DNA of 64,000 nucleotides from Vicugna vicugna. Lineage: Eukaryota. Of the stretch, positions 12,087-26,400 are shown in pieces. The notes beneath the pieces are model-generated. The model worked only from the letters and a program-made list of their open reading frames with translations. It did not search any database and was not told the origin of the DNA. The stretch covers positions 746,001-810,000 of the forward strand of contig MU061538.1 of NCBI GenBank assembly GCA_013265495.1, given 5' to 3'. The position numbers were made by a program, and so were the translations under genes. The first letter of the stretch is position 1; each line of letters begins with the position of its first letter.

Positions 12087-13775
12087 CTAAGCTCTTTACC
12101 TTCAAAATTTAATAAAGCATTTCCAAAGATATAAATCAAAGAACCGATGCAGTTCTCAAATTTTCACCATTAGTTTAAGGAGCTAGGCCGCCCTTACTTT
12201 AAATGCAAAGGGGGAAAAGGGAAAATCTAAGTACTTATCTCCTTAAAAACAACTCAGTACAAAGTCTAAAATATTTATTCCCTCATACTGCCCACAGAGC
12301 CCACGCAGACCACACGAAAGCCACACTACGAAGCTGCAAAACCATTCCACCCTCCAAGTGCCCCTTCTCACTGTCAGGTCTGACTGGGGGTGAGATCTGC
12401 AGCACTTGGTGAGGGTAGAAAGCAGAGGTCCGCAAAGCCAGAATAAGAGCCAGTCCACACCCTACAGCCTGATCCCCCAGGAAAGCAACAGGCCAGCCAA
12501 AGCCTTACGATGCTCTGCTGTGCCTGGTCATCTTATCTTTCATGTTCTAGAAGAAAAAGGATTAAGATGTAGCCCTTACAGACACATAGGTTATTTTGAT
12601 AGACCATCTGTATTCCCCTAAAATCTCAGGTTCTACAGAATCGTGTGTGAAATAACAGGGGTGACAGAGGCAACAGGTGGAGAAGCTAACCATTCAGACA
12701 CCCTTTGATCATCAGTCTCTTAAAAACAACTGTGCACCTGTGACAGTTAACTCCTGACGCTGAAGGCGATGTTAAGAGACCACGAAAAATACAGTCTCTC
12801 GAAAAAAAATAAATAAATAAAAAATAAAAGTAAAAAAGAACAAAAGCATTCCTATGGGAGTTTAAAGGTTCTCTTTCTGCCAAAAATCAAGTTTGACTTT
12901 AGTCCTCAAATTTTTCTAACGCCCCTGGTCCCACAAATGTGGGAGTAACGGGTCAGCAGACAAACAAACGGCAATGACGATGACGAGTTACTTGTGAAGT
13001 AAGACATCGGGGCCTTCCTTTCACACAGAGGGGGAGGGCTGCCAGCAGCTAAAACAAGCATGGGCACGTGTTAACCGTTATCACGTGGTGAAGGTTACAC
13101 AGAGCTTTTTCTAAAATAAAAAAATGTCTTTCATAGTGACCCTGACCATATGTAGCTACACTTGGCCCAAGTGTCCACTCTCTGCGGTCAATGACATGCT
13201 TCTGCTGTGACTCACACCAGGCCACCCAGCACTGCTTCCAGGCAGAGTGATGTCAGCAGTTTTCATACAAAGTTCTGCAGTCTGACCCTAATCCCAGGAC
13301 CCTCACACGAGGCTTTTCTACCGAGAACCCAGCGGTTCTAACTGGCGAACAGCTACCTCTGCATGATCCATGAAACTAAGCCACAAGATCTGACTTTCAG
13401 TCCCTACTTTCAACACCTAAGCTCTCGACCTGGGGTGGGAAAACCTACCCACATGTTGTGAAGTCTGAATCTCAGGGGCATGCACAAAGCTGTACTTCCT
13501 GAAACTAAGGAAATCCTTTCAAGCAGTAAACGCAGAGTGGGCTTCAGTAAGGAACTGTGGGGGAGAGATCACGACACCAACAACACGGGTGGCCTCACCA
13601 CCACTAACCCGGAAGGACTTCCCCATCCTCTGACCAGGGGGTCAGGAAATGGCCATGCTAGGAGAACTCGCCAGAGGCCAGGGTGCTCCACAGTAACAGA
13701 GGGGCTGCCGGGAACAGCAATGTCAAATTGTCACAAGAGGAGCAGCTTTGTTCTCAGTGGCCCCAGCCTCACTCA

Positions 13776-14048
<273 letters not shown>

Positions 14049-15230
14049 CTAGTGAGATTAATATTAGTTTCTATTGTAACAGCTCCTTTTCTCCCAGAAT
14101 GAAATCAACAAGTTCTAAAATCCAGGTAGCATAATACAAATCAACCTCTAGAGACAGGAAAAACGTTTTAAAAATGTCTGAGGACCAAAGTGTTATGCAC
14201 AGTGTGCACTCATGGTGACAGGCTGATGGAGTCCGGAGGGCCCTGCAGACGAAGACCCAGCATGACTGTGTCCGCGTGTCTGTCAGTGGGCAAGGCCAGC
14301 CAGCAGCCACAGCACAGGCAAGTGCTCCTGGTATCTTCACAACTCAACATCTCAATTCAGGATCCACTCAAACAGGTCACGACCAAGGTCGGTCTGCTCC
14401 AAGGTTCCAGTTAACTTTCACAAGCACATGCTTCCCAAACACCAAAAAACAAAATGAAACAAAGCAACCTCTTTTCTAGTTAACCAGGCATAAGCAGTCC
14501 ACACTGCAGAGGGGGGACACAAGGAGGGGAGCGGGTGTGACCCTTAGAATAAGAACCAGACTGACCTTTCAACACTTACTAATGTAAGGCTGCTGTGGTT
14601 CGATTTCACTTTTGTCATTTTAATAAAAAGAAAAACCTCAGCACAACTCATTAAAATCTGATTAGAGCTGGGATCGTAATGCTAAGCCAGTCCTTTATTC
14701 TCCCATCACTGTGGACCATCCGTGTAGTAGCAGACCAAGACCCCTGAAGTGCTACAAATCCTCCATTAAAAAAAGAGACAAGCCACATGAAAGACTAGAG
14801 AGAGAAAGAACAACTGCTCTGCACTAGGGTGCTCACGTGAAAATGAAAAAACGGGAGTCCAGGGTAAGTTTAAAGTGTCTATGCCTTGTGGAAAACTACA
14901 CACTTTTTCAGACTCCAGGCCTAACACATTAAGTTAAGGAGCACCACACCCCCTTCGACGTGGACCTCTGACTCAAGTCTGACCAACACACCACTGCTTC
15001 AGTGCCGGAGGGGAGGCTAGCACTCAAGTGGAGGGAAAGCGCTCGGCCTGCAACTCAAACACAGAAAAGGCTGCAGGATTCGCAGGAGAAATGGGAAGGG
15101 AGGTGCCAGCCACACACGGCTTGTCCTCAAGGAGAAGTTCCGTGGTCCCGGCACATAAACAAGGGCAAGAGTCAACAAGAGGGGCTGTCCTAAGAATACG
15201 CCACCAGCAGCTCATTAAAAGAAAGGAGGC

Positions 15231-15330
15231 GGGGGGGGGGGGCTCGGGGGCAGAGCGCGTGCTCAGCATGCACGGGGTCCTGGCTTCAGACCCCAGAACC
15301 TCAGTTTAAAAAAGAAAGAAAAAGAAAAAC
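15231..15330 (+). mobile_element. tRNA-Ala-derived SINE (Vic-1-like), degenerate
   Basis: ggctcgggggcagagcgcgtgctcagcatgcacggggtcctggcttcagaccccagaacctc followed by an A-rich tail. Confidence 0.75.
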
Positions 15331-16504
15331 AGAAATAGGTTAAACTGTAGTCCAAGGCAGTATTTACTCAACTGCACACTTAACAGAAAAATCTTGATCC
15401 TTTCACCAGCAGCAGACCGCACACTTCAAGGTCCCCCCGGAGACTCCGACCAGCCCGATGAAGACCTGCTTTTCCCTGAGTGAGTCATGGTGCTGTGCAC
15501 ATACTACATTTATTCAAGAACAGTACAAAATTTCCAACTGTATCAAGCTGTTCTTGATCGTGCCTGTGACCAGGTGTGAGCAAGTTCACAGGTGACACAG
15601 CTCTACGGTGCGTCCTCGTCACCTGGCCCTGACTGAGCAGCTGCTCCTACCCAGTGTCCTGGCCCAGGTTTGACCCGGGGTGCTCTGCAAGCAGCTTCAA
15701 GTATGCCCAACTCCGTGGCCAACCTGCTGTACTGGGGTTCAGCATTTTAAAATAAACCACTTGGTTCAAAACCCCTCAATTTCCACCTACAAACCTAAGA
15801 CTAGTAGCACAGACTTCATCATGTATTAAAAAGCTGGTTCCTACAACACAAATGGGAGCTTCGTTCCCAATTATTTCAGGCATCCTTATCAGTTTGGAGC
15901 TACGCTAAAAACCTGTAAAATCTAATGACATTTTCTGCTATTCATTAATTCCAAAAGACTTAAGCAGATCCCAATTTACCTTGAGATCCGCCTGTGACCC
16001 AAGACTTGCCTCGTGTGCTCACGTGGGGCAGGCCCTTGTCACACAGGTGAAGGCAGGACAGACAGCAGTGCAGGCCTCAAGCTTTAACGTGGACTAGATG
16101 GGGTCACGCAGCGGGGATGCTTTTCAACAACTGCACCGAGGGGGTTTTGGCAGCATGTGCTGTGAGTGCCAGGGCAGCTGCACTTCAAAGTCCAACGTCA
16201 AAGCTCTCTGGGATTCTTTCACATCCTCAGTTAGTTTCCATCTAATTCCAGAGGAAATGGAATCCACTGTCCCAGGGCAAAGCAACAGGAACTCGAGTGC
16301 CCTTCTCCCTAAATGCAAGTGGCAAGTGGGCCTAGGGCTGAGACGGCCAAAGCTACTGCGCTGCCTGCTGTCTAAAACCGTAACTAAACCATGGCCTTCA
16401 AAGACTTACACCACGTCCACTGCCACACTCAATATAAACTTACACCCCCGAACGACCAACGTACAACTGCACAGATTTACTGTTTCAGAAACATGATTAC
16501 TTAC

Positions 16505-16569
16505 GCCTTTTTAATGTCCTCAGCTGAGGCATGTCTCTGCACGCCTAGAACTTCATAGTAATCCACCAT
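16505..16569 (-). CDS. DNAJB6: DNAJB6 exon 2 coding part (65 nt): MVDYYEVLGVQRHASAEDIKKA
   Basis: ATG at 16569 in strong Kozak context (aaacATGG); donor AAGGC|gtaagt at 16505/16504; exon starts at 16595 (ctgattgcag|GACTC), giving 26 nt of 5'UTR. Confidence 0.98.
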
Positions 16570-18594
16570 GTTTTAACAGGCTGTTGGAACGAGTCCTGCA
16601 ATCAGAAAACCGTGGTCAGTGACAGGACTGTCGAGGCTGGGCTCGTCATGGGGCTGGGAACAGAGCAGGAGGGAGAGTATGTCACCCTGCTGGGCACTAA
16701 GCACCAGGCCTGCTGGGCTGGGGCCTCCTCTGGAAACTCATTCTGAGGCTCGTGCCCTGTGACCCTTCTTGTTGCGGGGGAGGGGGGGCGTGCTCTGAAA
16801 TAGGCTAAGAATAGCCTAAACTAAATAAAACTGACAGATGACCCCGAGGCAGAGACTCAGGCCCCGGGGGAGCGTGAGTTCCCTCCTCCCTGGTGCACTC
16901 CTATGCGGCCACCAGCATGAACACGCTGTCCCTGCCCCGAGGACACAGCATGGGGGCCACACAGGCACCTTCCAGGTCAGGCGGCTCTCGCCAGGGACCA
17001 GCCAACGCCCTCCCAAGCGTCCCTTTGGAGGGAAAAGGGAAAGGGCTCTGACTCAGGGCTATTCCTGCACCGTCCTCCCTCTGGCCTCAAACGCCCGTCC
17101 CTCTGACAGACAAACTTATGGTGCCCTGCTGCCAGTAGAAGGAAAAGATGCCCCGAGACGGAGCCTTCATGGGAAACTCAGCAGCGGAGACCCGTTTCCC
17201 CTGCAGCCGCTTCCAGGGGCCGGAGGGTACAGTCCAACAGGTTTGGCCTCAGGTCCCACATGTGCTCCCTCTTAACACGGGACATCTAACGGATTTACAC
17301 CTCTACTTGACTGGCTAAATCACTTCATTAAACCAATGACCAAAAACTAACATGAAAGGCCTATTTCACACAGCAGCACAGAATAGCTTTGCCCAATAAA
17401 GTAAGTTCTTTGCTCAAAACCGAAGCTAGCTTTCCTGCAGCCCTTCCAAAAACTCAAATTTGAAAAGAAAGGTAGTGACTGTAAACAAATACATGAGATC
17501 ATAACCTCCCTGAGGCCATTTTGCTGAGGTAGAACAACGTTAAAGTTGTGTAATGTCACAACTGGGAAGTATTCCTTGTCTCAGGACAAGATGCACAGTT
17601 GTATATTTCTACTTTCCAATCCTGGGGAGCAACCACTGGTTGGGAGGGGGCACCTGTTACAACATGACTCCGCTTGAAGTCATGTTGTGACTCTCATCAA
17701 ACACAGAACTCTGCACAGAAGGGTCAGGAAGAAGCACACACAGAGAAAGCCAACTTGGTACCAGTCCAAGGACCCCAGGCCAAATTCACTCAAAAATGTC
17801 ACAGGATAGTCAAAAATAAAAACCCCTCCTACCATCTCAAAAAAATTCCAAAGACCATGTCTGAAAAGACAGCTGAGCTCCCAAGGAAGCGGCAGCTCAG
17901 AAACCACCTGAGAACTAACTGCAGCCGGAGCGGCGCTGGAGGCGGGAGGGCAGAACTGCTCCTGAGGCACAGGAAGCTGGCGGCGGCGAGGAAGAGCCAC
18001 ACAACGGTGGAGGCTCCTCAAAAGGCTGCAGCTGAGAGAAAGGGGACAGAGAAGAACTCTTCTCTACTGAACTGCAATGAAGGGGCGGGGAGCACCCTGA
18101 GAACCCACGTCTTCAGCCTCAGGTGCGCAGAATGGACTCTCAGGACCGCCATCAGCCCACAGTGCTCCGAGCTCTCCACCACATGCCACCCCAGGACAGG
18201 GAAGCACACACAGCTGCACTGGACAAGTAAGTGTCTACAACCCATGTCACAGAGATGCCAGAGGAAGACAAGCTCTGCTGAGATGAGCTCAGAAACACGA
18301 GAAAAGCATCAGATGGGTAAGAGCTAGAAGACCTCCAGGAATGTGAAATGAGAACAACCCAAAAGGGAACACATCATAAAGTGTTCAGAAAATAATCACA
18401 ATAAAAGTGGAAACCACGTTGGGGGTGGGGGACCACCCACTGCTCTGGAAATAACTGCAATAACGGTAGTAACATTAACACAGCCGCTGTGATTTACAAG
18501 TGGATTAAACAGAGAGTGATGTGGAAGTCAGAGCTGAGAAAATCATCCAGTGAAGGAGAGACACTGAAATAGAATAAGATAAAACATAAACCTA

Positions 18595-18729
18595 GGGGAG
18601 GGGATGGCTCAAGCACTAGAGCACGCGCTTAGCAATGCACAAGGTCCTGAGTTCAATCCCTAGTACTTCCTCTAAAAACAAATAAATAAACCGAATTGCC
18701 CTCCCCCTCCAAAAGTTTTAAAAATAAAT
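18595..18729 (+). mobile_element. tRNA-Ala-derived SINE (Vic-1-like) with target-site duplication
   Basis: A/B-box body plus AAATAAACCGAATTGCCCTCCCCC tail; flanked by AAAACATAAACCTA (18581-18594) and AAAACATAAATCTA (18730-18743). Confidence 0.85.
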
Positions 18730-18840
18730 AAAACATAAATCTAAAGATAAGCAAGAGGCCAAGATCAAGAGGAATGAGAGGTGGTGTTGAAACTGGTCAC
18801 TCGTCTCCAGAACTAATCAAACATAAAACAGGGCCAACTC

Positions 18841-21192
18841 ACAAACCAAATCCAACAACACAGTAAAAGGCTCATACACCACTAAGCAGGATTCATCCCA
18901 GGGACGCAAGGATTTTTCACAAGTCAATCAAGGTGATGCACCACACTAACAAACTGAAGAATAAAAACCGTACGATCATCTCAATAGACGCAGAAAAGCT
19001 TTTAATGAAATTCAACATCCATTTAAGATTTAAAAAAAAAAAAAAAACCTCCAGAAAGCCAGCACAGAGGAAACATACCTCAACACAGTGAAGACTGCTT
19101 ATGATCCACTCACAGCTAACATCACACTCCATGGTGAAAACCTGAAAGCATTTCCTCTAAAATCAAGAACAAGCCAAGGATGCCCGCTCTCACCACTTCT
19201 GTTCAATGCAGTTTTGGAAGTCCTAGCTAGGGCAATCAGAGAAAAACAAACAAATGGAATCCAAATTGGAAAGGAAGACATAAAACTGTCACCATCTGCA
19301 GATGACATGATTATTCTCCATATAAAATCCTAAAGACACCACCAGAAAACTACTAGAACTCATCGATGAACTTCGGTAAAGCTGCAGAATGCAAAATCAG
19401 ATACAGAAATCCACTGCATTTTTGTACACTAGCAACAATACCAGAGAGAGAAATTAAGGAAATAATCCCATTACCACTGTTATCAAAAAGAATAAACAAC
19501 CAGGAATAAACCTACCTAAAAAGGCAACAGACCAGCACTCTGCAAGCTGTAAGATGCTGATGAAAGAAAGTGAAGATAACACAGATGGAAAGATACACCA
19601 TTTTCTTGGGCTGGAAGAATCAACAGTTAAGATGATCACAGTACCCAAGGTGATCTACAGATTCGACGCAGTCCCTATCAAAGTACCAACGGCATTTTCC
19701 ACAGCACTAACCAAAAAATAAAACATCTGCATGGAAACACAAGACCCCGAACAGCCAAAACAGTCTTGAGAAAGAAGAATGGCACTAGAGGAATCACGCT
19801 GCCTGACTTCCGACTACACTACAAAGCTAGTCATCAGAACAGCACGGCACTGGCACAAAAACAGAGATCAACGGAACAGGACAGAAGTCCAGAAATAAGT
19901 CCATGTCCTCACCTTCAATTCATCTACAAAAAGGAGGAGAGAACAGACAATGGAGAGAAGACAGTCTCTTCAATAAGTGGTGCTGGGAAAACTGGACAGC
20001 TACATGTAGAAGAATGAAATCAGAACATCCTCTAACACAATATAAAAAAATAAACTCAAAATGGAGTAAGTACCTAAATGTAAGACCACACACTATAAAA
20101 CTCCTAACGGAAAACATAAGCAGAACGTTCTTTGACATAAATCACAGCAGTATTTTTTTGGATCCGTCTCTTATGTAATAGAAATAAAAGCAAAAATAAA
20201 CAAATGGGACCTAATGAAACTTAAAAGCTTTTGCACAGCTAAGGAAACCATGAACAAAACAAAAAGACAACCAACAGGATGGGAGACAGTATTTGCAAAT
20301 GATAGGACAGACAAGGGCTAATTCCCAAAATATACAAAGAGCTCAATACAGCTCAGTATCAAAAACAAACCCCATCAAAACATGGGCAGAAGACCTAAAG
20401 AGACATTTCTCCAAAACACACAGAGAGCCAAAAGGCACATGAAAAGATGCTCAACATCGCTACTTATCAGAGAAATGCAAATCAAAATTACAGTGAGGTA
20501 TCACCTCACAGCCGTCAGAATGGCTATCATCATCGTCAAGTCTACAAATGATAAATGATGGAGGGAATGTAATTTGGTGCAGCCGTTACAGAAAAGAGTA
20601 TGGAGATACCGTGAAAAACTAAAAATAGAGTTACCATAAGATGCAGCAATCCCACTCCTGGGCATGTAACCACAAAAGACAAAAACTAATTCAAAAAGAC
20701 ACACGTGCCCCACTGTTCATGGCAGCACTATTTACAATAGCCAAGACATGGAAACAACCCAAATGTCCATCGACAGATGACTGGATAAAGAAGTTGTGGT
20801 ACACACACATACACACACACAGGAATACTACTCAGCCATTAAAAAGAATGAAGTAATGCCATTTGCAGCAACGTGGATGGACCTGGAGATCGCCACACTA
20901 AGTAAAGCCAGTCAAAGACAAACATATCATCTGTATGTGGAATTATTAAAAACTTACACAAAGGAGCTTATTTACAAAGCAGACTGTGGTTACGGGGCGG
21001 GGGGGGTCTGTAGGTGCACCTGCTGGCACACCACAGATGGACATGGTCCTGCCGCACAGCCTATGAGCATCTATAATGAAAAGGTGCACGTGTGTAACTA
21101 CATCACTACGCCGTACACCTGAAACACTGTAAATCAACTACTTCAATAAAAAATGTTTTAAAATGGAAAAAAGAAATAAAAAGATGATTTAA
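18841..21192 (+). mobile_element. 5'-truncated LINE-1 (ORF2 RT/C-terminal remnant and 3'UTR), antisense to DNAJB6, disabled
   Basis: ORF fragments: [24 protein letters not shown]...ADDMII (RT), [49 protein letters not shown]; frameshifted; poly(A) near 21170; TSD CAGGGCCAACTC at 18829-18840 and 21197-21208. Confidence 0.95.
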
Positions 21193-21709
21193 AAACCAGG
21201 GCCAACTCCTTTTTTCCCCAGCTTGATCAAATTACACTTGACAGAATTCTTAACATTTAAGGTGTAAAACGTGCCGACATACACTATGAACTTACTACAA
21301 TCCAGTTCACTAGCTTTTCCATCACCTCAGATACCACTTCTTTTTAGTGCTGGGAGCACCTAAGACCTCCTCTAAGCAAACTTCATGTTACGTGACACTC
21401 CACTATTCCCTCTACTCACTGCGCTGCACGTGAGGTCTCCAGAACTCACTCGTCTCTTACTGAAGGTCTGCACCCTCTGTATGACATCTCCCGGAGCCCC
21501 CAGCCCCAGGCAGTCACTCTTCTACATCTGCTTCCTTCGTGTCAGTTTCTTAGGTCCGGTACGGACGTTGAGATGCAGGGCTTGTCTCTGCCTGGCTTAC
21601 CATCCTCCACTTTGTCACAAGTGGCAGGCAGGATTTCCTACTTTTTTAAGGCTGAGTAGTTCAGTTCACCCTCAGCCCTGCTGCCACCTGGGAGCACCCA
21701 GAGCCCAGG

Positions 21710-22170
21710 GTGCCATGTGGACAGCAGAAAGCACAACCTGCTGCTCAAGTGTAAGGATAAACACTGGTCGAAAACAAGCTTGAGGACAGCACGCGAGGAA
21801 GACAAATGCGCAGGACGTCAGTTCCACGCGGACCTTACAAAAGCAGGAACAGTATCATGGTGGTCACCGTGGGCTGGGAGAACCGGGGAGGTGTCGTCCA
21901 AAGTGTACAGACCTGCAGCTGGAAAACGAATAAGTTATGGAAACTGGACGCCCAGTACCGTGATTACAGCCAACAAAACAGGATTTTATAACATTCAGAG
22001 ATGCTAAGAGACTAGATCTTAAATGTTCTCACTGCATAAAAGGTGATTACATAATGTGACAGAGGTGTTAGCTAACTCACGTAGTAATCATACTGCAGTA
22101 CATCAATGATTCAAAACAACCTGTCTCAACTCAATTACATCTCCATTTTTAAAAATAAAATTTCAGAAAG
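21710..22170 (+). mobile_element. Older L1 (L1MA-like) 3'UTR remnant
   Basis: gatgctaagagactagatcttaaatgttctcactgcataaaa...gaggtgttagctaactc resembles L1MA 3' ends as recalled; a minus-strand L1 3' remnant adjoins at ~21210-21660. Confidence 0.6.
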
Positions 22171-22589
22171 AAAATGTAACCTTACATGATGAGAGGGAGG
22201 GCCACACAGGGATCCTCGTGGGAAAGCGTAACACAGGACTCCAAAATTTTTTAATTTAACAAAACACATATAAGCAGGCATAATTCTAAGTGTCCTAGAA
22301 ACATTAACTCATTTAACTCAAATACTTCAGTAGAACAAAATAAAGATATCCTAAAATTGAATGTTTTGTTTTCTCAGCTTTTTTAAGACACAACTGACAT
22401 AGAACATTGTACAAGTTTAGGGTGTACATCATGCACCTTAATTTCATTAAATTTTTTTTTAAAACTACAACTGACCCTTGAGCAACGCAGCTTTGAGCTT
22501 CCCGGGTCCACCTGAGTGCGGATTTTCTTCTTTCTTTCTTTCTTTCTTTTGCGTGTGTGTGGGGCGGGGGGGGGGGAGGCTGGATTTGT

Positions 22590-22677
22590 TTTTATTCTGA
22601 GGCGGCGCCGGGACTGCACCCAGGGCCTGGTGCACGCAGAGCACGCCCTCCACCACTTGAGCCGTGCCCTCTCCCTC
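22590..22677 (-). mobile_element. tRNA-Ala-derived SINE (Vic-1-like), degenerate, nested in Tigger2
   Basis: Reverse complement reads ggagagggcacggctcaagtggtggagggcgtgctctgcgtgcaccaggccctgggtgcagtcccggcgccgcctc. Confidence 0.7.
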
Positions 22678-23291
22678 GGATTTTCTCAGCGGACATGCTA
22701 GTAACTTTTTCAGATACTTGCCACAATTTGAAACTCACAACTGTGCAGCCTAGAAATATTGAAAAAAATTAGGCACATTATGAACACAAAAGAGATAATG
22801 TAGATACCAGTCGATCCTCAGATAGGCATAAGGTGAGTGATACTTAATATAAAACTAGTAACATCTTAGTCTTCTTACTGTTTTCAAACTTTGCTTCCAA
22901 ATTATTACATCACCATACAGAATGTCTCTCCCTCCCATGTCAGCTTATCATCGCAAGGAAAAGTGTTTTTTTACATAACAATGTTTCCAATACTGTATTA
23001 TAAGAAATTGTAATACTGTAAGCCATAAAAATGCTGTAGGATTCGCTCCTTAGTGTGCAGGCCAGGCTCTCTGAAGCCTCACAGCTATCACACTGTGCTG
23101 CCTCAATAGTCATTCACTGCTGCTTCGTTATCAGTGCGTGAATCATCACACCCATAAAGAGACGTGAATTTCTTTTCCACAGTATCTTTTCATTTTTGTT
23201 GTCTTGTGTTAACATCTACAGTGTTTTGTATCACATAAGACAATACTGATGTAGGTACTGACAGACAATTCACGTTCTAAACAGATATTGT

Positions 23292-23425
23292 GGGGGGGAG
23301 GGTACAGCTCGGTGGTAGAGCCCATGCTTTTAGCAATGCACAAGGTCCTGGGTTCAATCCCCAGTACCTCCGTCAAAATAAATAAATAACCTAATTACCT
23401 TCCCCGCCTAAAAAAAAATTAAAAT
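23292..23425 (+). mobile_element. tRNA-Ala-derived SINE (Vic-1-like), nested in Tigger2
   Basis: ggggagggtacagctcggtggtagagcccatgcttttagcaatgcacaaggtcctgggttcaatccccagtacctcc plus AAATAAATAACCTAATTACCTTCCCC tail. Confidence 0.88.
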
Positions 23426-26400
23426 ACAGATAAACTAAAAAAAATTTTTTAACTGTGTAAAAACGGTATCAGTTAAGTACAAAAATGTATTTCTCTTTAT
23501 AATTTTAATTTTTTTCTACCTTTCTCTATGGTAAGAATACCATGTAATAAACACATAAAATACGTGTTCATCAACCATGTTAGGAGTAAGGCTTCTGGTC
23601 AACAGTAGGCTCTAAGTTAAGTTTTCGAGGAGTCAAAAGTCATAATTTTCAACTGTGGGGGGGTCAGCGCCCCTAACCTCATTGTTCAAGGGTCAGCTGT
23701 ACACTGTCTTGAGACAAACTCATGGGCAGGAAAGATGCACGAGGCGAACACTAAGTGTGTGCACAGCAGCATGACTCTCAGGAGGCATGCACTGGAGGAA
23801 GAGCATCTTCAGGAACAGTAACTTCACGAGGATAAAGCACAGAATTCAAAAACTAGCGTGGCCTCAAAACAGCCCGACCAGCAACAGCATTACAACATAA
23901 AAGGAAGCGTGCAGGACGCCAGCGGCTGGGGGGGACGGGGGTGGGGAGTCACTGCTTTACGAACATAGTTTCAAAGCGGGAGGGCAGAAATGTTCTGGAG
24001 ACGACAGTGGTGATAAACACACAACAGTGTGAATATGATGCCACTGAACTGTTCACTTAAAAATAAGGTGCTGTTATGCAGAAACACGGCACATTAGATT
24101 TAGAAGCACTTTTTATATATGTTTTCTTTTTATACATTATGTATCTGAAATTGTATATTACGCTGTTTTTATTTAAAAAAATACTTTTTAAAAAACACAC
24201 CCACAATCGTATCATGAAGCAGAGAAAAAGTTAACTGGTAAGATTTGAGCACATTTAACAAGCTTGATGTAATGGACGTTGATATAGGGCCCCACAGCGG
24301 ACATGAGAAAATACCAAGGCCATGTGGTCTGGCATGCTTAACACTCACGCTTAGAAGGCTTACAAAAACTATGGAATTAAGAGAAAAATCAATTATGACA
24401 AACCACAAAGAAATAGCTGCGAAAACAACACTTTCTTCTTTTTTGAGAATGCCCCTGGGTCGAAGAAATCATAAAGGTATTAGGATATATTTAGATGTAC
24501 AAGAACTACGTATCAATTTCATCAACTGACCACAGTGAAATTCAGAACCTCAAATACATTAATAAAAGTTCTAGATGGCAGAAGGTTAAGAACTCAGAAC
24601 AGGCTACAAGATGTGCCATCTTTACAACATACAAGTATATGAATGTAAAAATACGTATCTTTGTCAAACAGAATCTCAATTTTTTAAAATTACAAATTAG
24701 GGATAAAATATGGTTACTATTTTCTTGTAATTCCTCCCACTTCACGTTAAAATCCTATCAGCTGTGACAGATACGCAACAGATAACCAAAACGCTAACTG
24801 GAGAACATACTCTGGGTACACGGTTGCTCAATGCACAGCTTTTCTCAACTGTGTTCAGGTATGTTCAACATAAAGTCCCGGAGAATCTGTTCTGCACACA
24901 ACCAGTTATGGGAGCGAGCACCCAGTTACAGAAGGTTTCTCTGTTGATAATTAGAAAATGCGAAGCACAGTGGTTGGCTGGTGAGAGCAGCAAGTTCAGT
25001 CTGGAAATCACTAGGCACAGAAGAGCTGGCCGGCAGGAACACAGCAACCTCGGATCTTCTGGAACTAAACTCTTGACCATGAGCCGCTCAAAAAGCAGCA
25101 TCCCTTCACTGGGACTTCCAAGGGCTGTAACCACCTACCCAAGACCAACCCCTTTCACTCTGCAGCCCCAGGACTGCCGCGTGGGTCTGCAGGGACGCGA
25201 CGCGCGGGGATTACTGGGGACACCAGCTCACCGCCACCCACGGAACCAGGGGAGGATCTCCCCTTTCCTAACAGCTGAACCACTGCCTGAGCCACGCGTG
25301 ACCAGAGGTCGTCCAGTGTGTCCGATGGCACTGCTCAGACATCTCTGCTACCAGTTCGCAGCTCACGCGTTTTGTCTCGTGTCCGCAGTAAGGTGCCAGC
25401 GTCTGGGCGGATGACGACGACGGTGAGGAGGGAGATCCTCGGGGCAGGCAGTGCCAGCACACGAAGGTGGGCTTAGACTCCAGTGGCCTGCCTGCCAAGC
25501 GGAGTGCCGAGACGACTTACTTAACCTCCTCGAACACCCCCTGGAAGGCTGATCTATCCCCCAGAAGGGTCTCTGGGACTGAGGGCGCGCAAGAGCACCA
25601 TCAATTAACAGCGCCCGGGATACGAGCAGCACTCAAGTGTTGGCTGTTTCTCTCTCCTCCTAAAATGGAGACTACCCCACGAAGAAAGTTCAAATGAGCC
25701 AATTGTCCAAGGAAGAGCCCCAAACCTCACCATCCAAGGCCCCTTCTGTAGAACTCTGGACACACACCACCTCCCTACTCCCTCAATCAGTCCTGTCCAG
25801 CTCCCACCCCTGCACCAGAAGCTTACTCGGCCTTAAGGTCAAGAGGGGAAAAGCCTCCCCCAGTAGTATCCATGCACTCAGGGCTCATGTGTCTGACTCC
25901 CCAGACCCTAAACGCACGAGGGCTTTCCAGTCACATGGCCCGCGGTTTGCCTGCTCCCCTCGGTCAGCCGTGAGCATCAAGGAGAGCAACGGGCCTCGAA
26001 GCCCTTCTCTCCCCCTGTGCCTCTGTGCTTCTGTCGCTCTCATTATTCAAATACCGTTGATGCAGCAGTGATTCCCGAATTTTAGGTCCCACTTCGGCGC
26101 TTGAGACACAAGTGACAGATGGCTACCTGACGTGGCCATCTGGATGCCTGACAAACATCCCAAATAGAACATGACCCAATGCAGCTGCCGCCCGCCCCAC
26201 TCCCACACCTGGTTTCTCCCTAGTAAATTCTACCCCGTGCCCAAACTGCTAGGTGGGAAACTGTCCCCAGCAGTGATCGACACTGGTACACCCACATACA
26301 CTCAACTAACCAACCCAGAGCTCTGCCTCATTTCTCTGCAGAACAGCTCAGTCCCGCACTCTTCTCTCGTCATCCGCACCAGACACCCCACCCTGAGACA

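Larger units (their letters stand above)
22468..23699. mobile_element. Tigger2-type (TcMar) non-autonomous DNA transposon with both TIRs, carrying two nested SINEs
   Basis: TA|CAACTGACCCTTGAGCAA at 22468 and TTGTTCAAGGGTCAGCTG|TA ending 23699: 16/18 inverted match with TA duplication. Confidence 0.85.

Noticed and set aside
19088..21122. Reverse-transcriptase-like ORFs as an active gene
   Set aside because: Frameshifted fragments of a 5'-truncated L1.
24764..25700. 216-aa ORF and CpG-rich patch in intron 1
   Set aside because: No recognisable domain, compositional signal or splice context; may be regulatory but this cannot be supported from sequence.
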